Source of the DNA: Octopus sinensis
Lineage: Eukaryota
DNA length: 35,669 nucleotides
Direction of reading: 5' to 3'
Assembly: GCF_006345805.1 (NCBI RefSeq)
Contig: NW_021833363.1
Coordinates: 1-35,669 of the forward strand
The number at the start of each line of letters is the position of its first letter. Position 1 is the first letter of the stretch. Of the stretch, positions 10,354-20,470 are shown in pieces. The notes beneath the pieces were generated by a model. The model was not told the origin of the DNA. It did not search any database and worked only from the letters and a program-made list of their open reading frames with translations. The position numbers were made by a program, and so were the translations under genes.

Positions 10354-10983
10354 TTACGACACAGTCACTCCTGCGCCTATATTCTGTAGGTTTTTACTCC
10401 ATTCTAAACGGTTTGCAATGCGTATGAAAGTAGTGGTTTTTCTTATGGTACCCCTCCCGTGAAATCTGGCTTTGTGCACCTCTCGGAGAACAGTTTTTGT
10501 GGAAACTGGGTTCTCGAGGTGATTCATTAAGCTCTGCAGTAATTTGGGGGATGTACTTTTGTGATCCTTTCTAACAATTTGCGTAAGAGTTCGACGGTCC
10601 CTATCTGAAAGTTTTGGTTTTCTTCTGGAGTTTTGTTTCGACGAGGTGGTTTTTACCACTTTCTCAAAGGCTGTCATTACTTTCGAGACAATACTTCTTG
10701 ATACACCAATCATTTCGGATGTTTACGTTACGCTAGCGCCTGCCATACGAGCACCAACAATTTGACCTCATTGGAAGTTCGATAGAACTGTCATTTTAAT
10801 GAATTTTAATTACCTTTTTCTGATGATATCTGAAAAGAAACAGCAATTTTAGCAAAACATATTAAGCAACACGAATAATAATTCAGAAAACATGAAAATA
10901 AACAAGCTTTTGAGGGTTTTATAGATATTTCAAAATTATGATGTTATGATGCTAGGTGTTTCCATTATTTTGTCTAACCCCTG
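10354..10983 (-). mobile_element. Tc1-like transposon 5' half with transposase N-terminus pseudogene
   Basis: TA|CAGGGGTTAGACAAAATAATGGAAACACC terminus at 10983. ATG at 10794 gives MTVLSNFQ*GQIVGARMAGASVT*TSEMIGVSRSIVSKVM...RKPKLSDRDRRTL...PVSTKTVLREVHKARFHGR, the paired-like HTH region of Tc1 transposases. 3'-truncated at a (TA)n tract. Confidence 0.88.
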
Positions 10984-11085
10984 TATAAATTCCACATAAG
11001 CTTTCGCATGGAACTTGTACGTGCCATGGCATTAAAATGTGCTAAACTCATTCTCTGGCATGTGATATTAGACATGTGTGTGTTT

Positions 11086-11130
<45 letters not shown>

Positions 11131-11257
11131 CATGTGTGTATGTTTGTATGTATGTGTGTATGTATATACATGCATATATGTATGTATGTAAGTGAGTATG
11201 TATGCATGTATGTATGCATGTACGTATGTATGTACGCATATAGATGCATATGCATAC

Positions 11258-11480
11258 TTATTTCTTTATTACCCACAAGGGGCTAAACATAGAGGGGACA
11301 AACAAAGGCAAGCATAGGTATTAAGTCGATTACATCGTCCCCAGTGCGTAACTGGTACTTAATTTATTGACCCCGAAAGGATGAAAGGCAAAGTCGACCT
11401 CGGCGGAATTTGAACTAACAACGTGACAACAGACGAAATACAGCTACGCATTTCGCCCGGCGTGCTAACGTTTCTGCCAG
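11258..11480 (-). mobile_element. SINE family A, head plus one 184-bp unit
   Basis: Reverse complement CTGGCAGAAACGTTAGCACGCCGGGCG...AAAGAAATAA, followed directly by non-SINE GTATGC. Confidence 0.88.
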
Positions 11481-11495
11481 AATAAATTTTGACTA

Positions 11496-11864
11496 GGCGT
11501 AGGAGTGGCTGTGTGGTAAGTAGCTTGCTTACAAACTATACGGTTCCGGGTTCAGTCCCACTGCGTGGCACCTTGGGTAAGTGTCTTCTACTATAGCCCC
11601 GGGCCGACCAAAAGCCTTGTGAGTGGATTTGGTAGACGGAAACTGAAAGAAGCCCGTCGTATATATATGTGCGTGGTGTGTGCACATGGTTTGTACGTCG
11701 TGTTTGTCCCCCAACATCGCTTGATAACCGATGCTGTGGTGTGTTTACGTCCCTGTAATTTAGCGGTTCGGCAAAAGAGACCGATAGAATAAGTACTAGG
11801 CTTACAAAGAATAAGTCCTGCGCTGGATTTGCCACAATCCAATGACTGAAACAAGTAAAAGAGT
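11496..11864 (+). mobile_element. SINE family B, near full-length
   Basis: GGCGTAGGAGTGGCTGTGTGGTAAG (A-box), GGTTCAGTCCC (B-box), GGCACCTTGGGTAAGTGTCTT (CORE-like), tail GAAACAAGTAAAAGAGTA. Confidence 0.92.
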
Positions 11865-12059
11865 ACTTAGAAGTAGCAAAAGTGTATCTTCTTTTGTACA
11901 TCATCCTTTAAATCTTAAGAATGTCTTTCAGATTTTTATTGTCCCAGATATCGTGAACATTTGTAGTGCATTTATTAAGGTTTTGCATTTTCTCCCCACA
12001 AAACCCAAATTCAACCATACTTTGCTCCAGACTGGTAGGTATGTGCCTTGATATTTCCT

Positions 12060-13015
12060 ATGCATGCATGTATGTATGTATGTATGTATGTATGTATATA
12101 CGCATTTATGTATGCATGCACGCATGTACGTTTGTGTGTATTTATATATGTATCTATGTATGTATCTGTGTACGTATGTAAGTATGAGTGCATACTTGTA
12201 CATATATGCATGTGTGTATGTATGTATGCATGCATACATGTATCTATGTATGTATGTGTGTGTGAGTATGTATGTATGCATGCATGTAACTATGTATGTA
12301 TTCATGTATGTATGCATGTATGTATACATGTATGTATGCATGCATGCGTGTATGCATGCATATATGTATGCATGTATGTATGTATGCATGCATCCATGTA
12401 TGCATATATGTATGTATGCATGCATGCATGTATGTATGCATGCATGTATGTATGTATGTATGTATGTATGCATGCATGCATGTATGTATGCATGCATGTA
12501 TGCATACATATATGTTTGTATGTATGTATGTATGTATGTATGTATGTATGTATGTATGTATGTTTGTATGTATGTATTTATGTATGCATGTATGTATACG
12601 AGCAACAGATTTTTTTTTCTGCCTGTTGGACAGTAATTACATGCCGGTGGGGGTAAATAAGAAGACAAAAAGAGACTTGCGAGAACGGAATACAGGGCAA
12701 ACAGAAAGACTGGCTGGCTGATCGGATGGCTGGTTTGCAGGATAGATGGATAGCAGGCAGGATGGACGGATGGACGGATGGATAGATGGATGGATGGATG
12801 GATGGATGGATGGATGGATGGATGGGTGGATGGATGGATGGATGGATGGATGGGTGGATGGATGGATGGGTGGATGGATGGATGGATGGATGGACGGGTA
12901 GGTGGGTTTATGGGTGGATGGGTGGTTTAATGCATGGATGCATGAATGTGTGATGAGGGTTTGGAAGGGGGATGTGGCGTCGGATGGTTGGATGGATGGA
13001 TGGACGGATGGACGG
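12060..13015. repeat. Degenerate (ATGT/ATGC)n tract (~12060-12600) and (GGAT)n tract (~12770-13015)
   Basis: Direct reading; explains all MYVC/HTYI ORFs here. Confidence 0.95.
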
Positions 13016-13217
13016 ATGCATTGATAGGAAATGAAGAAATGAAAATTGCCAAATATTCACAATTTATTAATAAAGCTATTGTTTCGTGTACGTGTTCGTG
13101 GTGGCGGTGGTGGTGGCAGCGGCGGCGGTGGTGGTGGCCGTGGGAGAATGGAGAGTATATGTGTGTGTGTATGTAGTTCATTTGTGAGTGTGGGAGAGGA
13201 TGTGCGTGTGTGTTTGT

Positions 13218-13248
<31 letters not shown>

Positions 13249-13340
13249 CACTCTAGAAATATAATGGATACGAACCGTTTATGTGTATATTATATTATAT
13301 CAAATATAATATAATATAATGTAATATAAATGTAATAATA

Positions 13341-13393
<53 letters not shown>

Positions 13394-13864
13394 TCACCTA
13401 ATATACATGCATATATACACATAATATAATATAATGGAATGGAAACTTATACATACCATATGTGAAGGAGAAATAGAGAAGGAGGAGGAGGAGGAGGAGA
13501 AGAAGAAGAAGAGATATACTTTACTGGTTTAGATGCGTATATGATTCCGTGAATGTAAGTTGTGTGTTGTTAAGGGGGGGGGGTGTATGCGCGTGCGTGC
13601 GCGTCTATATATGTTTTGTGATGTATTGGTATAGAGTATGTATATACTTGTGTGTGCACTGTTGTATGTATATATATATAATATATATATATATATATAA
13701 GTATTTAAGTAGACAAATTAATTATCTTATTACGGATAATTCGAAAGATAACCGATACCTGGGTAGCAAACTCACAACAGAAAGCACTGTTAAAGTTACG
13801 ACCATAGGGCCTAAACTCCGTGCCTTAGTGCGGAAATTTGAAGTTTAATTTAATATATACTTAT

Positions 13865-13912
<48 letters not shown>

Positions 13913-14328
13913 CTGTGTGTGTTGTGCGTTCTATATGAGAGTGTATGTCTGTGTGTGTGCTGTAAATTATTGTGTAAGTATATATAAGTCTTATTTTTTT
14001 GCGGTGGGGCCGTTAATTTGAGGATATAGCTCATGGTATACGTTTCGTTATGTCTCTTTTATGTTGTGAGTTCACAGAACGCACGAGCTAACTTTGTCTT
14101 TCATCCTTCTGGGAGCCGACAGAATTAGGTACGAGTCATCCAAAAGGAGCATACGCTTGAACGAGTTGCATTATCTAACGATCCTAAGGGTCTGACCCCC
14201 TAATCGTTGGTACCTGCTCTCCTTTAATTTCGAAGTGAGATTCCGTAACTTGAACCTGTCGATAAAAGAAAATATATATCTTTTATAGCAAGCAAATCTC
14301 TGTAAGAGATGAAAGTAGTAACTATGTT

Positions 14329-15005
14329 TATTTCTTTATTGCCTACAAGGGACTAAACATAGAGGGGACAACAAAGAAATTAAGTCGATTACATCGACCC
14401 AAGTGCGTAACTGGTACTTAATTTAATGTACCAGTTACGTACTGGGGTCGATGTAATCGACTTAGTACCTATGTCTGTCCATGTTTGTCCCCTCTATGTT
14501 TAGCCCCTTGTGGGTAATAAAGAAATAGGTACTTAATTTATCGACCCCGAAAGGATGAAAGGCAAAGTCAACCTCGGCGGAATTTGAACTCAGAACGTAA
14601 CAACCAACAAAATACCTATTTCTTTACTGCCCACAAGAGGCTAAACACAGAGAGGACAAACAAGGACAGACACACGGGTTAAGTCGATTGTATCGACCCC
14701 AGTGCGTAACTGGTACTTATTTAATCGACCCCGACAGGATGAAAGGCAAAGTCGACCTCGGTGGAATTTGAACTCAGAACGTAGCGGCAGACGAAATACC
14801 TATTTCTTTATTACCCACAAGGGGCTAAACACAGAGGGGACAAACAAGGACAGAAAAACGGATTAAGTCGATTACATCGACCCTGGTGCGTAACTGGTAC
14901 TTAATTTATCGACCCCGAAAAAATGAAAGCTAAAGTCGACGCCTGCGGAATTTGAACTCACAACGTAACATTGCGCCCGGCGTGCTAACGTTTCTGCCAG
15001 CTTGC
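14329..15005 (-). mobile_element. SINE family A multimer containing an inverted 5'-truncated copy (14426-14527, + strand)
   Basis: Unit junctions at 14615/14616 and 14799/14800 (spacing 184); head at ~14975-15005; inverted insert flanked by GGTACTTAATTTA at 14413-14425 and 14528-14540. Confidence 0.88.
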
Positions 15006-15814
15006 AGTAACTATACTGAGAAGTAATACTCATCGCCACTTCAAACTGGCTGTTCTGTAGGAACCTCCAGCTGGTTATAGATACAATCTGCACCCGTTAT
15101 ACAGGGTGCAGTAGAAGTAAAGCCCTTTCTAGTTTTTATTTTTTTGTTTTTTTTCCTACTTTCAACAGAATGGAGCATCGCCTCGCTATGTTTAGAATTT
15201 TAAATCTTAATTTTGAGGGCAGGTATATAGGACGACGTGGCGCAATTTGAGTAGCCAGACCTAACGATCACCATATTTACGACAACCTTACATTTTCTTG
15301 TCGGGTGTATTGAAAAATTTTGTTTACTCCCTCAAAACGAAAAACGATTCTTGAATTAAAACAAACAATATCTGATTAATTATCTGCAATTCACGTGTAA
15401 ATGTGTCGAAGGGTTTGAAGAAGTGTTTGTTGCTGGTAGTGTTCAGAATTGTACTAAAAACGAAGTGTAGCATTTTGAACATGTTCATTATTATTTTTTT
15501 TTATCATAATGACCTACGTTTCTTTGCTGGAGCAATACTTAATAAATTTGTTTGAAACTATTTCTTTTATTTTCATTATTTGAATTCTTTCGCTTCTCTA
15601 ACTAATGTAATCAATTTTTGTACAATTAAAAATTACTACACGAAACAATTTTTGTACTATAAGAATTACTAAATAAAAATAGGCATTAATTCTGCCGCAC
15701 TCTGTATATTGCAAGCAAGGGAGTGATCTCCTACCATTTTCAAGCAGACGACTGGACTACTAGACCGTACGGTTTCGTGTTATTTGTGCTAATCCGCAGT
15801 GGTGGACACCCATC

Positions 15815-16233
15815 GGATCTTTTCGGTTTGAACGGCAGTTTTTAAAATAATTTCTAGGTAACAAAACAATTTTAAACTTCATATACTGGTAGAATGTGTT
15901 TATAAAACATCTTTTTCTCTTGGCTTTATTGAGAAAATTCTATAGTTTGTAAGATATCTGTTGCTTTTTTTATTCAATTTCTGCAATTTCAACCAATCAA
16001 TGACGTGTATTGAGGTAAAAAAAACATTCTGTGCCGTATGAATATGTCCCTCGTTTAAGAAACAAATTGGGTTTATTTACATTTGTGAAGAAAAAAAGAT
16101 ACCCTTCCCCCACCCCTAACCCTAACCCTAAAACAGATTGAAATGCAATAGATCGATACTAGGGTCATAATTATGGGTGACAATTTAATATGACACCGCA
16201 AGAAAAAACTGCCGTTCAAACCGAAAAGATTCC
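15815..16233. mobile_element. MITE with 27-bp perfect TIR core and internal (CCCTAA) telomere-like repeats
   Basis: ATCTTTTCGGTTTGAACGGCAGTTTTT (15817-15843) is the exact reverse complement of 16204-16230; CCCTAACCCTAACCCTAA at ~16114-16131; possible 3-bp ATC TSD. Confidence 0.78.
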
Positions 16234-16306
16234 ATCCATCCGCTAGAGATAGCAGTAATCCGTTCCAGCTCGCAATAGATAGAAAAAATGAGTGACAATC
16301 AGTCAC

Positions 16307-16402
16307 TGCTCTTTTATCATTTACTTATTTCAATCATTAGACTGTGGCCATGCTGGAGCATTGCCTTGAGGGGTTTTAGTCGAGCAAATCGACCCCAGTA
16401 CT
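16307..16402 (-). mobile_element. SINE family B 3' fragment
   Basis: TGGCCATGCTGGAGCA..TTAGTCGAGCAAATCGACCCCAG. Confidence 0.75.
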
Positions 16403-16573
16403 CACCTTTTTCTATGTCGAATATTTATTCTCATGGCTACATGTTCGAGCGAGAATTAGTCTCTTATAAAGGTAAAAAGTGTCTCGTGTGACAGGCTGTG
16501 TGTATGCGCCAATGAAAAGACCCAAAATGGCTGAAATGCAATTGGCGCTCTCGATGGCAACAGCTGGGACATA

Positions 16574-16658
<85 letters not shown>

Positions 16659-16976
16659 CTCCATCGCTGATATTTATTGTTTTTTTTAACAGCAAGTCCA
16701 CAAAGAGATGTTATCCAAGGAAAATACTGTGCCCATAAGTCCATAACAGGTGTTATCTCAGGGAAAATAATGTGTGTATACATTAAGTAGGATACATAGA
16801 TGGCTATTTTAATCAAATACTGCTTCAATAAATGTGTGTGTGTATGTATGTGTATGTGCGTACGTGTGTGTGTGCCCTCTAAGCACCGAATGACTTTCTC
16901 GTTCTCGTGCATCGTGTATAAAATCGTGATACAAATAGATGTACACGTACTAATCATGATAATGGCCTCCCAATAA

Positions 16977-17300
16977 GGCGGTGAGCTGGAAGAAACGTTA
17001 GTGTGTAGTAAAGAAATAAGTATTTCGTCTGACGTTACGTTCTGAGTTCAAATTTCGCCGAGGTCGACTTTGCCTTTCATCCTTTCGGGGTCGATAAATT
17101 AAGTACCAGTTACGCACTGGGGTCAAGGTAATCGACTTAATCCGTTTGTCTGTCCTTGTTTGTCCCCTCTGTGTTTATCCCCTTGTGGGTAGTAAAGAAA
17201 TAGGTATTACGCTTTCCGCTCTAAGGTCAAATTTTGCTGAAGGTGACTTTGTCTTTCATTCCTTTCCAGGTCGATAAGTGCCAGTCGACGTAATCAACAT
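16977..17300 (+). mobile_element. SINE family A composite: partial head, ~18-nt unit tail, full young unit (17020-17203), old diverged unit (17204-~17300)
   Basis: GGCGGTGAGCTGGAAGAAACGTTAG|TGTGTAGTAAAGAAATAA|GTATTTCG...AAAGAAATAG|GTATTACGCTTTCCGCTCTAAGGTCAAATTTTGC. Confidence 0.85.
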
Positions 17301-17321
17301 ACCACATCCACGAAATAATTC

Positions 17322-17725
17322 TTTTTATTATAGGCAAAAGGCCCGAAATTTGGTGGGGACGGGACTAGTCCATTACATCGACCCCAGTGCGTAACCGGTA
17401 CTTAATTTATCGTCTCCGAAAGGATGAAAGGCAAAGTCGACCTCGACGGAATTTGAACTCAGAACGTAGCGATGTAACGATGGGCGAAATACTTATTTCT
17501 TTACTACCCACAAGGGGTTAAACACAGACAGGACAAACAGGACAGACAAACGGATTAAGTCGGTTATATCGACCCCAGTGCATAATTGGTACTTAATTTA
17601 TCGACCCCGAAAGGATGAAAGGCAAAGTCGACCTCGGCGGAATTTGAATTCAGAACGTATAAGGGCAGACGAAATACGGCTACGCATTTCGCCCAGCGCG
17701 CTAATGTTTCTGCCAGCTCGCCGCC
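17322..17725 (-). mobile_element. SINE family A dimer (head, 184-bp unit, terminal unit)
   Basis: Head GGCGGCGAGCTGGCAGAAAC ends at 17725; junction at 17492/17493; terminal tail AAATTTCGGGCCTTTTGCC. Confidence 0.88.
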
Positions 17726-17956
17726 TTATTACCACGCCCACTAAAGCTGACCTTCTCGGCAGGATTAGAATTCAGAACGTAAAAAGCCAAAATGAAAATT
17801 TTGACAATTCTGCTCTAACGGTTCTGCCAGTCCACCGTTATCTGTAACTTATCTATCAAATAGGGAGTTACTGTATCGATCTCTGAAGAATTAATGGCAC
17901 AATCGACCGGCATGGTATCTGAACTCAGAACATATATATAAATATATATAATAATA

Positions 17957-18442
17957 AAAAGAGAGAGAGAGAGGTTATCTCTGAGTGAGATATAAACAGT
18001 AGCGGTACGGAATCGTAACATATGTTTGCCAACTAAGTGTGGCGTCCTATACAGGACAGTGCTACTGTGATTTATAGCCTCAGATGATTTATCTCCTCCA
18101 GCTGTGTCCGATTAGTATTTGCGAGGGAAGGTCATCGCTCTTATCTCTAGCCTTACGTGATACACACGGACTCGGGTTTCTGAGTGGCTACCCGTCCTCA
18201 GCGTGTGTTAATCACTAGCTAGTGATGAAAGTACATCCCACTCGTAAATTGCTATATACTTTTCTAGCGACTCACAGTCGCTGATCTCGTAAAAGAGAGA
18301 GATATGTTATATTAAATCTCTGAGCGAGATATAAACAGTAGCGGTACGGAATCAGAACATATATTTGCCAACTAAGTGTGGCGTCCTATACAGGACAGTG
18401 TTACTGTTGTTTATAGCCCCAGAAAGATATTTCTTCCGGCTG
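17957..18442 (-). mobile_element. Non-coding ~338-bp tandem element (~1.4 monomers) carrying a hammerhead; retrozyme-like or Penelope pLTR-derived
   Basis: Direct repeats 17957-18104 and 18291-18442 (anchor ATCTCTGAG at 17977 and 18316; about 90% identical by eye) flank a hairpin-rich segment containing the hammerhead. Confidence 0.65.
18157..18215 (-). ncRNA. Type-I hammerhead ribozyme with extended bulged stem I; predicted cleavage after GUC (between 18169 and 18168)
   Basis: Minus strand: GTGAT-TA-ACACACG CTGAGGA C-GGGT-AGCC-ACTC-A GAA AC-CCGA-GT C / CGTGTGT-ATCAC. Stem I 7 bp + 2-nt bulge + 5 bp; core intact; only the stem II closing pair (C.A) is mismatched. Confidence 0.78.
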
Positions 18443-18529
18443 GCTAACGATGTATAATAATATTTTCTAACTTGGATGCACAGTTCTAAATTTTCCGTGG
18501 TGGAGTACGATCGATTATATATATATATT

Positions 18530-18915
18530 GGCTTCAAATTTTGGAACCAGGCTAGCGATTTCGGAGTGGAGTAAGTTGATTACGTCGACCCTAGTATTCA
18601 ACTGGTACTTATTTTATCGACTCCGAAAAGGTGAAAAGCAAATCCGACCTCTGCAGGGTTTGAACTCAGAAAGTAAAGTGGAAGATATGGCCTTAATAAT
18701 TTTTCCTGGCGTTGCTAATGACTGGGTTCAAATTTTGATACAAGTCCTACAATTTCGGGGAAAGGGCTAGTCGAATAAATCGACCCCAGTGTTTCAGAGG
18801 TGCGTATTTTATCGACTCCGATAGGGATGAAAAACAAAGCCATCCTCTATTGAATTTGAACTCAAAACGTAAGAACGCACGAAATGACGCTTAGCATTTT
18901 GCTCAGCATGCTAAT
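18530..18915 (-). mobile_element. Two old diverged SINE family A copies in tandem
   Basis: Each has ATCGAC(T/C)CC..GAAA..TTTGAACTCA(G/A)AA motifs with heavy divergence. Confidence 0.65.
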
Positions 18916-18934
18916 GATTACAATCAAAAACACA

Positions 18935-19668
18935 TTCTTTTCTACACTAGACACAAGGCCCGAAATTGGGGGCCAGTCGATTATCTAATCAACTGGCCCC
19001 AGTACGCAAGGGGTACTTAATTTATCGACGCAGGAGTGGTTGTGTGGTAAGGCGCAGGAGTGGCGGTGTGGTAAGTAACTTGCTTACCAGCCACATGGTT
19101 CCGGGTTCAGTCCCACTGCATGGCACCTTGGGCAAGTGTCCTCTACTATAGCCTCGGATCGACCAAAGACTTGTGAGTGGATTTGGTAGACGGAAACTGA
19201 AAGAAGCCCGTCGTATATATGTATATGTATATATATGTGTGTGTACGTGAGTTTCTGTGTCCGTGTTTGTCCCCCAACATCGCTTGAGAACCGATGCTGG
19301 TGTGTTTACGTCCCCGTAACTTAGCGGTTCGACAAAAGAGACCATAGAATAAGTACTAGGCTTACAAAGAATAAGTCCTGGGGGCGATTTGCTCGACTAA
19401 AGGCGGTGCTCCAGCATGGCCGCAGTCAAGTGACTGAAACAAGTAAAAGAAACAAAGACCCCGAAAGGATGAAAGGCAAAGTCGACCTCGGCGGAATCTG
19501 AACTCAGATCGTAAAGACAGGCGAAATACCTATTTCTTTACTACCCACAAGGGGCTAAACACAGAGAGGACAAACAAGGAGAGACAAACGGATTAAGTCG
19601 ATTATATCGACCCCAGTGCGTAACTGGTACTTATTTAATCGATCCCGAAAGGATGAAAGGCAAAGTTA
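18935..19668 (-). mobile_element. SINE family A dimer, 5'-truncated, split by a nested family B copy
   Basis: GGTACTTAATTTATCGA (ends 19028) resumes as CCCCGAAAGGATG at ~19459; unit junction at 19529/19530. Confidence 0.82.
19027..19451 (+). mobile_element. SINE family B, full-length, with duplicated 24-nt 5' end
   Basis: GACGCAGGAGTGGTTGTGTGGTAA followed by GGCGCAGGAGTGGCGGTGTGGTAAG; complete body and tail. Confidence 0.9.
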
Positions 19669-19815
19669 ATAATAATAATCGTTCCTTTATTTGCCAGAAA
19701 ACATGCAGATAAAATAGCTTAGAACGAACACTTGCAAAACTGAATGTGTCGGGGCAGATGATGTTATTGTGTGTGTGTGTGCACGCGTGTGTGTGTGTGT
19801 GTGTATGTGTGTGTG

Positions 19816-19850
<35 letters not shown>

Positions 19851-20199
19851 GAAGAAACACACGAAACTGTCTGAGCGAATGAATCTAGGAATGAGTAAAT
19901 ATTTGACAGTATGAATGAGTAAACGAAAGAACGAACGACAAAGCAGGTAAGGACATCGCGGTCATTTACAGCATCCGTCTCCATCACAAGTGATCTTGAC
20001 CTGGTCTTGCCACTGGACTGAAGACGGTCACGGACCTGAGAGTGAGGTTGATGTTGCGCAACTTGACTTTACAAGTCATCATCGGCCGTCCTTAAGGATG
20101 GCTTGATGGTCTTCGCTGTTCCCACAGACGAATATTATGCTATTCTTCCGTGGGCGTTATTGTGCGTGGGTGCGTGTTTGTACCTATGTTGTATGTGTG

Positions 20200-20291
20200 A
20201 ATGTGTGTTTGTTTGTTTGTGTGTGTGCGTGTGGGAGGATGGGAATGGGTATGTGTGTTTATGTGTGTGCGTGTGTTCGTCTGTGTGCGTG

Positions 20292-20322
<31 letters not shown>

Positions 20323-20434
20323 TAAGATTAGGTGATCTTCGTCGCTTCGACAGATGAACAGGATGTTATTCTGAGGGGGCGTTATTACGTGTGTGTGTGT
20401 GTATATGTGTGTGAATGTGTATATGTGTGTTGTG

Positions 20435-20470
<36 letters not shown>

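Noticed and set aside
11496-11570. tRNA-like A/B boxes as a tRNA gene
   Set aside because: No complete cloverleaf, and the sequence continues into a SINE body; the same holds for all family A and B heads.
11928-12721. Long ORFs of 120-246 aa in several frames (MYVC/HTYI repeats)
   Set aside because: They are translations of (ATGT/ATGC)n, which lacks stops in most frames.
15088-15111. CTGCACCC/GGGTGCAG inverted repeat containing TACAGGGTG (Tc1-like end)
   Set aside because: Only 8 bp, with no partner terminus or internal transposon sequence found.
16114-16131. True telomere or chromosome fusion site
   Set aside because: Only three CCCTAA units, located inside a TIR-bounded element.
18222-18268. 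Opposite-polarity (plus strand) hammerhead next to the 18157-18215 ribozyme, which would suggest a viroid-like ambisense RNA
   Set aside because: Needs several core changes (GTGATGA, GTAAA), stem III does not pair, and GTGAT is explained by the 16-bp palindrome.
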